Shown: piece by piece, positions 37,427 to 47,140 of the stretch
Position numbering within the stretch: position 1 is the stretch's first letter
Layout: each line of letters begins with the position of its first letter
Origin: Candidatus Omnitrophota bacterium
GTDB lineage: Bacteria > Omnitrophota > Omnitrophia > Omnitrophales > JACROU01
Direction: 5' to 3'
Length of the DNA stretch: 64,000 nt
Assembly: GCA_029261035.1 (NCBI GenBank)
Contig: JAJDCD010000023.1
Location: 38,501 to 102,500 of the forward strand
Notes under the pieces: model-generated
Database searches by the model: none
The model's input: only the letters and a program-made list of their open reading frames with translations
Told to the model about the DNA's origin: nothing
Translations under genes and position numbers: made by a program

Positions 37427-38080
37427 ATGTCAGAGCCCGTTAAAAACTTTAAAGGAATACTTGCAACTTTAGATCGTGCTAATGTAGATACCGACCAAAT
37501 TATCCCTAAACAATTCTTAAAATCAATTAAAAGAACTGGGTTTGGAGAGAGTCTTTTTTTTGATTGGCGCTATGATGAAGCTGGGAAAGATAACCCAGAA
37601 TTTGAATTGAATGCAGAGCGTTTTAAAGGAGCTTCTATTTTAATTACGAGAAATAACTTTGGATGCGGTTCAAGCCGAGAACATGCTGTGTGGGCGGTGG
37701 ATCAATATGGGTTTCGAGCCATTGTGGCTCCATCTCAAGGTGAAGGGGAAAACAAAATCCAGGCCTTTGCAGATATTTTTAAAAACAACTGTGCTAAGAA
37801 TTCTATTATCACAATTGAATTAACTGAGGCAGAAGTTGAAGAAATTTTTCAGATGGTGGGACGCTATGAAGGTTTAGAAGCTACGGTAGATTTGGAAGAA
37901 CAAAGATTGATTTTGCATCTACCTGAAGAGATGGCTTTTCACTTTGACATTGATCCTGCAGTGAAAAAAAATATTATTCATGGTTTGGATGATATTGGCT
38001 TAACCCTTCAAAAAGAAACAGATATTGAAGCGTTTGAGTTAAAGCACAATACTCAAATTGCTCCCTCGAATGTCTCTTAA
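37427..38080 (+). CDS. leuD: 3-isopropylmalate dehydratase small subunit
   Basis: 217 aa aconitase swivel domain, immediately downstream of leuC (4-nt gap). Confidence 0.8.
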   Translation: MSEPVKNFKGILATLDRANVDTDQIIPKQFLKSIKRTGFGESLFFDWRYDEAGKDNPEFELNAERFKGASILITRNNFGCGSSREHAVWAVDQYGFRAIVAPSQGEGENKIQAFADIFKNNCAKNSIITIELTEAEVEEIFQMVGRYEGLEATVDLEEQRLILHLPEEMAFHFDIDPAVKKNIIHGLDDIGLTLQKETDIEAFELKHNTQIAPSNVS

Positions 38081-38090
38081 GGAATCGGAA

Positions 38091-38441
38091 ATGAATCTTC
38101 AATTAAAAACTGTTTATGCTAAACCTTCAGAAAATGATGGAATTCGTCTATGGACTGAGGCTTTGTGGCCTAATGAAGTGGATACCCGAAATATGCATTT
38201 GGATCGCTGGATTAAAGAATTGGCACCCTCTTTTGATATAACAGAACTCTATAGAAGAGGAGAAATTGATCGTCAAGGTTTTAAAGAAGCTTATTGGGAT
38301 GAGTTGGCTCAGAAGGATAAACAAACTCAGATCCAGTACATCAAAAACAAACAAGAAGAGCACACCATTACGTTGCTTTATTCCTCAAAAAATGAACAAA
38401 ATTCTATAGCCTCTTATCTAAAAGAATTCCTCGAAAAATAG
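38091..38441 (+). CDS. yeaO: YeaO-like DUF488 family protein
   Basis: LKTVYAKPSENDGIRLWTEALWP...TLLYSSKNEQNS parallels the E. coli YeaO pattern (KRVYDP..DGYRVLVDRLWPRG...TLLYSAKN). The start was set at MNLQLK, which has an AAGGA ribosome-binding site. Confidence 0.65.
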   Translation: MNLQLKTVYAKPSENDGIRLWTEALWPNEVDTRNMHLDRWIKELAPSFDITELYRRGEIDRQGFKEAYWDELAQKDKQTQIQYIKNKQEEHTITLLYSSKNEQNSIASYLKEFLEK

Positions 38442-38759
38442 CCTTTTTTCCTTCTAAATAGCTCTTTTTTTATTCGTATTTACCTATAAAAAATAAAGTT
38501 ATCAACAGTCTGCTTTTCTTGGAAAGTATCTGTGGTTTTGAACCGATAACTATATATACGTTAGGAACTGAAAGTTGATTTTAGGCAATTACATGTCATA
38601 ATTGAATAAAGATCAAACTAAACCAGTCAAAGAATACGTAGATTATAATAGAGTATGAATTGGGAGATTCATACGACCCTATCTTAGACAATTTTGAAGA
38701 TAGGCATCTAATCCGGAATAAAGCCGGTACTAGCTATGCGATGAAGGGAGGACACTAAA

Positions 38760-38969
38760 ATGCTTACTAAAACTAAAGAACAAATCATGGTGGAAATCAA
38801 CGATATTTCCAAGAGAATGTGTCATCCTCTAAAGACGACGGCTTTGAAGTATTTAAAAGAAGCCATTGAGGAAGAGCGTTTCGAGATGTGTCAACAAATC
38901 ATACAAGTGGCTAAAGAATTTGGTGCCGATCGATGGGAAATTAAAAACAGTCTCATTCTGAGGAGTTAA
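38760..38969 (+). CDS. Hypothetical small protein (69 aa)
   Basis: A GGAGG ribosome-binding site precedes the ATG. A terminator hairpin with a T8 tract follows (38986..39034). Confidence 0.45.
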   Translation: MLTKTKEQIMVEINDISKRMCHPLKTTALKYLKEAIEEERFEMCQQIIQVAKEFGADRWEIKNSLILRS

Positions 38970-38985
38970 AACTCCTTTAAAATTA

Positions 38986-39034
38986 GGCCATAGATCAGAG
39001 CTGATTACAGCTCCTGGTTTATGGCCTTTTTTTT
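38986..39034 (+). terminator. Rho-independent terminator (ggccata...tatggcc + T8) overlapping the last codons of the convergent ccsA
   Basis: Stem ggccata/tatggcc with an inner atcag/ctgat pairing, then tttttttt. The T-run encodes the KK of the CcsA C-terminus on the other strand. Confidence 0.5.
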
Positions 39035-40689
39035 AGATTTCTTTTTCCTAGTATTCCAAGAATAATAACAAATGCTAAGTCGGCAATAACGAATGTGCTT
39101 ACCGTCCCCACACCGCCGCCTCCAAATCCGTAGCTATGCAGTCCTGCAGACAAAACATAATTAACCCCATACCAAGCCATTAAAATTCCTAAAAAACAAA
39201 CAACAGAGCTCACCGCCAAACCAAAATGTCCGATCCAGTTGATGAGACGTGCGTGTAGAACAATCAGATAAAAGATAAGTGCAATGAGTGCCCATGTTTC
39301 TTTTGGATCCCATCCCCAAAAACGTCCCCAAGAGTAATGCGCCCAAACGCCGCCTAAAATGGTTCCTGTAGCGAGAAGAATAATTCCGATTTGAATGCAT
39401 CGATAAATAAAATACCCTAAGCTTTCGATTAAATTTTTGTTACCCGGTTTGAATGCATATGTGATGAGTTGAATATGACCCACGGCCATGGCAAGGGCGA
39501 GGACGCCATAGCTGAGCGTGATTGTAAGGACATGAATTGTAAGCCAATAGTTACTTCTTAATACGGGCACTAGAGGAGTAATGCTTGGGTCTAAATAAGC
39601 AGGTAGATTGTCACACAGAATGAGCCCTAACCCTGCAACAGCACTCGCTCCAATCCAAACTGTTTTAGATCGATTAAACAGATAAATAAGAAAACAAAAT
39701 CCTATTGAGGCCCAAGAAACCCAGATGACAGACTCATACATATTGCTGACAGGTGGACGTCCTGCAATCAAACAACGGAGCAGGATTCCATAGGTTTGCA
39801 GTAAGAAGCCCACTACCAAAGAAACGGTTCCTAGTAAAGAAAGAGCTCTAAGAGACTTGAACGAGCCAAGAGAAAACATAAAAAAACTAAAAAGGTAAAG
39901 AACCCACGTCCAACGAAAAGGACGAAGGTCATTGTATTGAACTTCTAAAGGATAAGGGTTGATGCCTTTATATGAATTTAGAGCATTGATGTAAAAAGGG
40001 TTTGCTTCTGAAATAGCACGAATTGCTTTTAAAGAGGAGGCTAGCTTTTCTGAGTTGTTCTCTTTATAAGCGGTGAAAAAATCAGCGTAAGGTTCTTGAT
40101 AGCTGGATAAAGATTGAGTTTTTGAAATTTGATTTATAGGCAGCCAATTTTTAGACGTATCTTGAGGGGGAATTAAATTCCAGGTTAGCCCTTGGCTTGC
40201 AGCATAAAAAAAATTCATACGATTATAGAGTTCAATCTCTTTCTTTTCTAAGAAGGTGAGCTCTTCGTCTGCTGATTGTCTTTTCTTATGCTTCATTACC
40301 TTTTGCATAAAAAGATTGTTTGAAGCGACGGACTCAGGGCTGACTGTTTTAGTCTTGGCATTGAGGCCGAGAGAAAGAGCTAACTCTTTGGTTGAGATTG
40401 GCAAGAAAGCCTTTTGTTGCCAATCATTTCCATTAGTAATCCACTGCATTAAAATATGAGATGCGTCCTGACCCTTAATGGATTCTTTGCCAGCGGTGAC
40501 AATTAGAGTTTCTTTAGCGAAACTGGAAAAAGGTTTTATGCGGCCGCTATGTTGCATAGGCATTTTCTTTAACTCAGATAAATTAATAGAGGATGTTTCG
40601 GCGAGGCATGGGGATATTAAAAAGGCGCTTATAATTAAACTCAAATAGATTATTTTAAATTTCATGATGGTTCCTTTCATTATTAACAA
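39019..40689 (-). CDS. ccsA: Cytochrome c biogenesis protein CcsA/ResC (system II heme lyase component) with a long N-terminal periplasmic extension
   Basis: Signal peptide; WGWDPKETWALIA tryptophan-rich (WWD-like) heme-handling motif; multiple TM segments. Confidence 0.8.
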   Translation of the reverse strand: MLIMKGTIMKFKIIYLSLIISAFLISPCLAETSSINLSELKKMPMQHSGRIKPFSSFAKETLIVTAGKESIKGQDASHILMQWITNGNDWQQKAFLPISTKELALSLGLNAKTKTVSPESVASNNLFMQKVMKHKKRQSADEELTFLEKKEIELYNRMNFFYAASQGLTWNLIPPQDTSKNWLPINQISKTQSLSSYQEPYADFFTAYKENNSEKLASSLKAIRAISEANPFYINALNSYKGINPYPLEVQYNDLRPFRWTWVLYLFSFFMFSLGSFKSLRALSLLGTVSLVVGFLLQTYGILLRCLIAGRPPVSNMYESVIWVSWASIGFCFLIYLFNRSKTVWIGASAVAGLGLILCDNLPAYLDPSITPLVPVLRSNYWLTIHVLTITLSYGVLALAMAVGHIQLITYAFKPGNKNLIESLGYFIYRCIQIGIILLATGTILGGVWAHYSWGRFWGWDPKETWALIALIFYLIVLHARLINWIGHFGLAVSSVVCFLGILMAWYGVNYVLSAGLHSYGFGGGGVGTVSTFVIADLAFVIILGILGKRNLKKRP

Positions 40690-40737
40690 AGGGTATTCCT
40701 TATCCTTCTTTAGAGGAGGGAAGGAATAAAATTTTAT

Positions 40738-42522
40738 CTATTTTCCAACTTCCGTATCTTCAAATAAAGGTTTTGGATTGGAGTATTTTTTTGTGAAGAA
40801 AATTAAAATAATACCAATCACCATAATGATCGAGCCTGCGTATTTTAGAGGGATTCCGATGTCTTTGCTGACAGTAAAAATAGAAATATCCGGTTTTCCT
40901 TCTTTGCCTAATTGATATCCGGATTGGTAGATGCGATATCCTTTGTGAATTAAAGGCTCATTCATGCTAATTAAGACTTCCTTAAACAAGCCTTCTTCAG
41001 GGTCTTTTAATAGAACTTTACTTTTAAACTCAGCAGGCTTGTTTGTGCCTTGATAATATTCCACTATAAAATCTTTAAGCTCAATCTCAAAACCCAGGGG
41101 TTGGTTCAGAGATCCTTGCGAAATGCGATAATGGTGATTGTCTAACGCAACAATCGTTTTGACGGCATGAGAGAACCATTGTTCTTTTGTGTCATTTCCT
41201 CTACGAAACTCAAAGAGAGCTGCAGGCTGAGCTCTCTTTCCACCAGAGGGAATAGGCCTTTGGGCATAGGAGGAAGAGAGGAATCCTGAGGGCTCATAGC
41301 GATCGATAATAAACTGCAAGCTCATCCAACCTGTATTATATTCTGTATTCAGAATCATAGGCTGTATTTCAGAAATTCCATTTTTAGATTTAATTTGATA
41401 GCTTAAACTTTTGTCTTCATTCACAATAATTCGAAGTTCATTAGAAGGTTTAGATGCGTCTGAAGCATTTGTGGTAAATGAAACTTTAAAACCGGACTTG
41501 TTGGTTTGTTTTCCATGAAGAGTTGTGAAGTTAGGAAAAAGAGAAAAAACGGTGTGTTTTTCTTCAACGTTGTTTCCACTAATTAAAATCTCACAAGCGG
41601 GGTTCGTAGGGTTTTCGGATTTAGTAATTAATTTGCCGTCTTCAACAATTGCATGTGGAAGGAATCGTAAGACTTGGACTTCGAAACCAGTGTCCTTTAA
41701 TGGAATTTTTCGTTGGAGAGCTTCTTCTAATGGAATTTTAATTTCCACACCCTCTTTTTGAAATAGAAGAATACCTTTGGATGAAGATCCGGGGCCTTCA
41801 GTTATGGGTTGAGTCGAAAGGCTTATTTGAGCAGGCCCTAAATTAAGGAACGCGTCTTTGTTGTTCAGACTGAGAAACCCTTCTGTTTGTGTAAAATTAT
41901 TATAAAGTGAAATATGAATAGAAGGTTCCCCATTTTCCTGTTTTGAAATAGATTGAACGGGTTGTGCATGAGGAAAATATTTTTTAAGAGAAATACTTAA
42001 ATCAGCTGTTTGGCCAAAGATAGCCAAAGGATCATTTCCTTCCCAAATAAAAGGTTTGGTTGGAATGGGTGCAATTGCTTGCGACTTTATTTCTGCATTT
42101 TGGATAAAGAGGAGAGGTTCGTCTAATATAATTCGATTAGTTTTTTCTCCCTCAGATAAAGCAATGTTCGCGTCCACCATGGTTCGTGCTGTTAATAAAG
42201 AACCGAAAAGAATAAGGATAATTCCTAAGTGTGTGATAAGAAAGCCAACGTGGTTTTTCCTCCAAGGAAGGCGGGTGAAGGGAACTAGAGTAACATTAAG
42301 ACCGATGAGAAGAAGTAGAATCACAAACCATAAACTAAAATAAACTACTTGTTGAGCTGCTTTAGCTCCGTGAAGAGATTCTATGATGGTTCCAGCAGCG
42401 AGAGAAATAGCCAAGGAACTTAACAGAACAATGGCTAGCTGTTGAGAAGCAAGGCTTTTGAAGATAGTATTACAAATTTTAAAAAGGGTATTCATTGGCT
42501 TAAAACCTCTTAGGTAAGCCAA
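40738..42522 (-). CDS. resB: Cytochrome c biogenesis protein ResB/Ccs1
   Basis: 594 aa; N-terminal TM segments, a large periplasmic domain and a C-terminal TM segment. Lies adjacent to ccsA on the same strand. Confidence 0.7.
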   Translation of the reverse strand: MAYLRGFKPMNTLFKICNTIFKSLASQQLAIVLLSSLAISLAAGTIIESLHGAKAAQQVVYFSLWFVILLLLIGLNVTLVPFTRLPWRKNHVGFLITHLGIILILFGSLLTARTMVDANIALSEGEKTNRIILDEPLLFIQNAEIKSQAIAPIPTKPFIWEGNDPLAIFGQTADLSISLKKYFPHAQPVQSISKQENGEPSIHISLYNNFTQTEGFLSLNNKDAFLNLGPAQISLSTQPITEGPGSSSKGILLFQKEGVEIKIPLEEALQRKIPLKDTGFEVQVLRFLPHAIVEDGKLITKSENPTNPACEILISGNNVEEKHTVFSLFPNFTTLHGKQTNKSGFKVSFTTNASDASKPSNELRIIVNEDKSLSYQIKSKNGISEIQPMILNTEYNTGWMSLQFIIDRYEPSGFLSSSYAQRPIPSGGKRAQPAALFEFRRGNDTKEQWFSHAVKTIVALDNHHYRISQGSLNQPLGFEIELKDFIVEYYQGTNKPAEFKSKVLLKDPEEGLFKEVLISMNEPLIHKGYRIYQSGYQLGKEGKPDISIFTVSKDIGIPLKYAGSIIMVIGIILIFFTKKYSNPKPLFEDTEVGK

Positions 42523-42647
42523 CCATTTTATAGCAAAAAAAGACGACTGTCATCTATCCCGCAACAATAAAGCAAGATAGTTTCAAAATAAGCCGAATCT
42601 TTCATTTTTTAAGGGTAGAGAGATGTTTTTCGCTTCACAGCAGGCTG

Positions 42648-43049
42648 TTATGCTTTTGTTGCCCAATCCCCATTTTCGAGTTGTATTTTGTGCCCTTTAC
42701 TGGCTTTTGTTCTTTGAGTTTCAGCAAAGACTTTTTCGACGGTGGAAATTTCGCTTAGAGGGAGTTTGTTCTGTTTCAGAATAGCTTCATAGATAGTTCT
42801 TCGATCTTGATTTTCAGCACTGGCAACTTCATTCACTTTGTCGTCTCCGTTAAAGTAAATCACGTAACCTTTGTTGCCCTCACCAATTTTTTCTTGGCTC
42901 ATCAATGTTTCTAATTGGCTGAAACGAGAGCGTCTATCATCAAGAGCTTTCTTGATTTCAGGAGTTATTTTTTTTAAGTCATAACTACCTGCATATACAA
43001 GAGGTGTAACTAAAATAAGAGTGAGTATAAAGAATAATATTTTTTTCAT
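42648..43049 (-). CDS. ydbL: YdbL-like periplasmic protein (DUF1318)
   Basis: Signal peptide plus GYVIYFNGDDKVN..ENQDRRTIYEAI, resembling YdbL. Sits in a ydbH-ynbE-ydbL-type operon. Confidence 0.6.
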   Translation of the reverse strand: MKKILFFILTLILVTPLVYAGSYDLKKITPEIKKALDDRRSRFSQLETLMSQEKIGEGNKGYVIYFNGDDKVNEVASAENQDRRTIYEAILKQNKLPLSEISTVEKVFAETQRTKASKGHKIQLENGDWATKA

Positions 43050-43066
43050 TGTCTGTACCTCTGTTT

Positions 43067-43312
43067 TTAAATTGTTTCAGTATTACCGCTGACATAATCT
43101 TCAATTGAATCAGCAGTTTGTTTTAATTCTCGAATATCAACAATTACGTGAGCCTTGATGGTGATAGGGCGATTAGGATCTCCAACGGCTTTCACGGTAC
43201 AACTTTGAAAGAGGGGGGTGGTAAGTAAAATAAGCAAACTCAGCAAAGCAAAGAAAGAATTTCTTTTTTGCATATGCTTTATTGAGAAACTTGAAACCCT
43301 CTTAATTTCCAT
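43067..43312 (-). CDS. ynbE: YnbE-like small lipoprotein
   Basis: Lipobox-like LFQSC, then TVKAVGDPNRPITIKAHVIVDIREL matching the YnbE family pattern. Confidence 0.6.
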   Translation of the reverse strand: MEIKRVSSFSIKHMQKRNSFFALLSLLILLTTPLFQSCTVKAVGDPNRPITIKAHVIVDIRELKQTADSIEDYVSGNTETI

Positions 43313-44372
43313 TTTCTAATCTCCTTAAGACCTTCAGTATTTTGTTTAGATAATTGTCGAGAATCTCTTGATCAAAATTAATGTCTACAAGCACCTCTAT
43401 GTCTAAATTGAGTTTCTTGCTGATAAAGGTAATCTTTGCTTGAAAAGACTTTTCATCTTTATTCTTAAGCAAAATGATGAACTTGTCAAATGGAACTCTG
43501 TTTTTTTCACTCAGCAAACTTTCTATCTTTGTCTTATCGGCATTAGACGGTAATTTGTCCAACAATATTCGAACGACTTCGGAGTTTATTTCTCCAAGGG
43601 TAATGGAGTGGGTGTTCCCCTCTATTTGAGTGATTTTACCTTTTTCTACAACCAGATGAACATTTCCATCAAAAAAGCCTTTTGCTGGAGCGATCCACGA
43701 GATCCCAAGATCGGCAAGCCCTTGAATGTTGGCTTCATGGAGTGTTCCGTCTAATATAAGAAGTTCTTTTTCGGGCTCGAATTCAATATGAGCCGTAATT
43801 TTTCCTTCTAGAAATCGGGCGCTGACAATGTCTAGGGTTAAAGGGGTCATTTCTGAAATAACCCCTGATATTTGATCGAGTGCATATTCCTGAAATTGAA
43901 GTTTGTCTATTTGAAAAGATCCATATCCCGTAGGGATTGCCACTCGATAAGCGGGGCTCCATTGAATTTGGGCCTTTTCTATTTGAATCTCTTTAGACTC
44001 GAGATCCATATCCTCTATCCAGAGGAGAGGGCTATTTAACTGTTTGAACGGAGGAAGTTCTAACCCCGCTTCTGAAAAGCGTAATGTGTAATCGTTTTGA
44101 GGGTCTGAGAATTCAAAATGTCCCTGGGTTGACTTAAGGCCATAAACCGCAAAGCTTAGTTCGTGACCATGAAGGTCGGTTTCTTTTCTTTTATAAGGCT
44201 TGATCGTTCCAAGGGAAACCTTATTTAAAGTAATGTCCGGCAAAGCTTGTTTTGCAATCAAGGGAAGAGATATTTTTAGACCAGAAGGAGTTAAGAAGAA
44301 AAAGAAGGTGATGAGAACAAAACCGCTTAAGATCAAAAAGAGCGTTAAGAGAAGCTTAAAAAAAATTCGCAT
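43302..44372 (-). CDS. ydbH: YdbH/AsmA-like membrane-anchored protein (short form)
   Basis: N-terminal TM anchor, 356 aa. Its position upstream of ynbE/ydbL mirrors the E. coli ydbH-ynbE-ydbL operon; direct sequence-level support is weak. Confidence 0.45.
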   Translation of the reverse strand: MRIFFKLLLTLFLILSGFVLITFFFFLTPSGLKISLPLIAKQALPDITLNKVSLGTIKPYKRKETDLHGHELSFAVYGLKSTQGHFEFSDPQNDYTLRFSEAGLELPPFKQLNSPLLWIEDMDLESKEIQIEKAQIQWSPAYRVAIPTGYGSFQIDKLQFQEYALDQISGVISEMTPLTLDIVSARFLEGKITAHIEFEPEKELLILDGTLHEANIQGLADLGISWIAPAKGFFDGNVHLVVEKGKITQIEGNTHSITLGEINSEVVRILLDKLPSNADKTKIESLLSEKNRVPFDKFIILLKNKDEKSFQAKITFISKKLNLDIEVLVDINFDQEILDNYLNKILKVLRRLENGN

Positions 44373-44376
44373 GCAT

Positions 44377-44838
44377 TCAACTTTTTTGTTGAGAGTTTTC
44401 TAGTTTGCTTTTCTCTGAATTAATTTTTGCATTAGGATTATAGGTTAATGTGTTGTTTGGCCCTTCCCAAACAGTAATGTCCTGAAGTGTTGCTCCCTTC
44501 AATAGTTCGGGTTGGTTTAATTCGTTATAAAACCAAATAGCAATATTTTCAGATGTAGGGCTTATCTTGTCGAACGGAGCTATGATGTTGAAGAAGTTAT
44601 GATCAAAGCGTGATGAGAGCTCTTTCAATTTTGTTTCAATTTTAACGAAATCAACGCTAATGTCTTCGTGGTCTAAATTATTTGAAGTCAAACGAGCTTC
44701 GACACACCAGCTGTGTCCATGAATAGGTTCAGGCTCTCCATAATAGGCTGTTAAATTATGGGCGGCTTCGAAACGCGTCTCTACTTTGATCGTGTATACA
44801 GAATCTGTCATAATTTGAAAGGTCCTTTTTCTAAGCAA
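44377..44838 (-). CDS. queD: 6-pyruvoyl-tetrahydropterin synthase family protein (QueD-like)
   Basis: TRFEAAHNL...PIHGHSW zinc-binding His motif of the PTPS/QueD family. Confidence 0.7.
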   Translation of the reverse strand: MLRKRTFQIMTDSVYTIKVETRFEAAHNLTAYYGEPEPIHGHSWCVEARLTSNNLDHEDISVDFVKIETKLKELSSRFDHNFFNIIAPFDKISPTSENIAIWFYNELNQPELLKGATLQDITVWEGPNNTLTYNPNAKINSEKSKLENSQQKS

Positions 44839-44889
44839 TATTTGAGAATTATTGTAACATAGAGGGGATAAGGGCGATAGAGGAGCGTA

Positions 44890-44970
44890 GAAAAACAGTT
44901 TCTCCGGCGCTCAGACAGCACAAAAATAACCCGCGATTTTTGTGAACTCGCGGCGGAGAAACTGTTTTTC
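44890..44970. mobile_element. MITE-like palindromic element, family B copy 3
   Basis: gaaaaacagtttctccg / cggagaaactgtttttc perfect inverted flanks around the conserved core ggcgctcagacagcacaaaaat...cgatttttgtgaactcgcggcgg. Confidence 0.7.
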
Positions 44971-45066
44971 TACTTAGGGGCTATCGCTGGGGTGGTGGGG
45001 GTGTGAGCAAAGAGTCTTAACGTCGAGTAAGACTCTTTGCAAGAGATCCTTTGTAGTTTCTCTTAA

Positions 45067-45091
45067 TTGTCATCCCCGTGAACGGGGATGC
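45067..45091. repeat. Family E hairpin, copy 2
   Basis: ttgtcatccccg-tgaa-cggggatgc. Confidence 0.55.
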
Positions 45092-45116
45092 TTTCTATTT
45101 AAAAGGAGGGTTTATT

Positions 45117-45428
45117 ATGGTTACGGTTGATTTTAGTGCTTTTCCAGTTGGGAAGGGCGAACATGTATCTAAGCAGGTTGCGAAGTCTTTGGATATTATT
45201 GATAAGAGTAAACTAAATTATCAGTTCGGTCCTATGGGAACGACTATAGAAGGTTCTTGGGACGAAGTGTTCAAAGTAGTTAAGAAGTGTTTTTTGGCTA
45301 TGGGTAAGGACGCGAATCGAGCTTATGGAACAATTAAGATTGATTATCAATTCAAAGATAATAAGGGGATGAAAGCTCGTGTGAGTCGTGTTGAGAAAAA
45401 GCTGGGTAGAAAGCTGAATAAGGCTTAA
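45117..45428 (+). CDS. MTH1187/YkoF-family (UPF0045) small protein
   Basis: MVTVDFSAFPVGKGEHVSKQVAKSLDII...GPMGTTIEGSWDEV matches the YkoF/MTH1187 fold pattern. The start was set at MVTV, which follows an AGGAGG ribosome-binding site. Confidence 0.6.
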   Translation: MVTVDFSAFPVGKGEHVSKQVAKSLDIIDKSKLNYQFGPMGTTIEGSWDEVFKVVKKCFLAMGKDANRAYGTIKIDYQFKDNKGMKARVSRVEKKLGRKLNKA

Positions 45429-45499
45429 AGAACAATAGAAGATGAAAGGATGTTCATTTACTAGATGTATTTTAATTAGTATAGCCTGTCCTCTGCCTA

Positions 45500-45559
45500 G
45501 GGGACACGCACTTTTGCCACAATTACTTATTCGTAATGGTTACAAAAGTCCATGTCCCC
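45500..45559. repeat. Family C repeat, copy 3
   Basis: ggggacacgcacttttgccacaattacttattcgtaatggttacaaaagtccatgtcccc. The ORF-track entry 45442..45636 is an artefact of this repeat. Confidence 0.7.
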
Positions 45560-45661
45560 ATCTTCCTTTTTTTTACTTCTGGAAAAGGGCTTGCTTTTTA
45601 GGGGTAATTTTAGTAGTTTTATTCTTTTGTTTATGAGTTTTAGAGCTCGTTACATTATAGG

Positions 45662-46162
45662 ATGTCTAGGAGATCGGTTTTGGCTTTTCATTTTGTGGAT
45701 AAAATTGTGGCCTTGAAGAAGGGTGAATCTATCTCTATTTCAAGGGTTCTAAGAGAAGATGAGGAGTATCTTCAAGATCATTTTGCGAAGTTTCCAACAA
45801 TGCCAGGTGTGTTGATATTGGAATCCGCCATTCAGGCAGCCACATGGCTATTGCGATATACAGATTCTTTTAAATATTCCTTTTATACGGTTAAAGAAAT
45901 TAAAGCAGTAAAGTTTGGGCAATTTGTGAGACCTGGAGATGAGCTTCAAGTCCAGGCAGATCTCATGAAAGAGGAAGAAGGTCTTATACAATTTAAGGCC
46001 CAAGCAATACTTAATGGGGCTTCTGCTATTCGAGTTCGATTTCAGATGGAAAGACAATCTATTCAGGAAGAGAATGCTTCATTAAAATCGTTACATGAAA
46101 ACATCGTTGAGAGAGATCAAAAAAGTTTCAAAAAATTAACAGAAGAAGCAGTTTTTCAATAG
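45662..46162 (+). CDS. FabZ/FabA-like hotdog-fold 3-hydroxyacyl-ACP dehydratase
   Basis: DHFAKFPTMPGVLILESAIQAATW follows the FabZ signature (HF..P.MPGVL.E...Q). Confidence 0.7.
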   Translation: MSRRSVLAFHFVDKIVALKKGESISISRVLREDEEYLQDHFAKFPTMPGVLILESAIQAATWLLRYTDSFKYSFYTVKEIKAVKFGQFVRPGDELQVQADLMKEEEGLIQFKAQAILNGASAIRVRFQMERQSIQEENASLKSLHENIVERDQKSFKKLTEEAVFQ

Positions 46163-46173
46163 GAATAATATAT

Positions 46174-46929
46174 ATGAGTCGACTTAAAGATAAAGTGGCA
46201 TTAGTTTCTGGAGGTTCTCGCGGAATTGGAGAGGCTATTGTTCGCAAGTTAGTAAGCGAAGGCGCTCATGTCGTTTTTACTTATAATACCAACAAAGAAC
46301 GTGCGGAATCCATTTGCTCTGAATTGGGGTCGGATACAAGTAAAGTAATTGCTTACCCATGTTCCTTAGAAGATAAAAGCAGTATTCAAGCGGTTGTGGA
46401 TCAAACGCTAGAGCAGTTTGAAACTTTGGATATTCTGGTTAACAATGCGGGAATTATTCGAGATGGTCTTTTCTTAGCAATGGATGACAAAGATTGGGCG
46501 GATGTGATTCAGGCAAATTTGGGTGGGACCTACTTTTTTTCTAAAGCCGTTTGTCAGCAAATGTTATTTCAAAAAAAAGGAAGAATTATAAATTTGTCTT
46601 CTGTGGTGAGTTTAATTGGAGGCATTGGTCAGGCTAATTATGCCGCTTCAAAAGGTGCTATCAATTCGATGACAAAAGCATTAGCGGCCGAGTTGTCTGG
46701 AAAAGGGATTACCGTAAATGCTGTTGCTCCTGGTTTGATCGAAACAGAAATGATTCAGAATTTAAAAAGCTTGGTAGGAGACCTTAAGAAGAAGGTCCCT
46801 TGTGGACGTTTTGGGGAGCCGAGCGAAATTGCTTCTTTGGTGGCTTTTTTAGCCTCTGATGAAGCGGCTTATATTACCGGCCAAATTATTACGATTGATG
46901 GTGGTATTAGTTTACAGTCGAGACACTAG
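46174..46929 (+). CDS. fabG: 3-oxoacyl-ACP reductase (SDR family, FabG-like)
   Basis: GGSRGIGEAI cofactor-binding motif, NAG, YAASKGA catalytic Tyr-x3-Lys; 251 aa. Confidence 0.85.
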   Translation: MSRLKDKVALVSGGSRGIGEAIVRKLVSEGAHVVFTYNTNKERAESICSELGSDTSKVIAYPCSLEDKSSIQAVVDQTLEQFETLDILVNNAGIIRDGLFLAMDDKDWADVIQANLGGTYFFSKAVCQQMLFQKKGRIINLSSVVSLIGGIGQANYAASKGAINSMTKALAAELSGKGITVNAVAPGLIETEMIQNLKSLVGDLKKKVPCGRFGEPSEIASLVAFLASDEAAYITGQIITIDGGISLQSRH

Positions 46930-47140
46930 CTTGGTAAGCGCGGTAAATGTCCTTCTGAGCAGAATAGGGACAAAGAATCCCTTGTAATAGTAAGCATTTA
47001 GCATATATCTACATATCTTTTTTATAAAGAGATGAGTCGGAAGGATAGAAGAGTTTTTTAGTTTTTAGGGCCAGATAATTTCATAGTGGCATAAATAGCT
47101 TATTTTTAGTAGTATTGAGGGTCAAAAAGGAGGCGTAAGA

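Noticed and set aside
31402-38671. Shared 13-mer gaattgggagatt at 31402 and 38659
   Set aside because: Dozens of exact 13-mer coincidences are expected by chance in 64 kb when both strands are considered, so it is not significant on its own.
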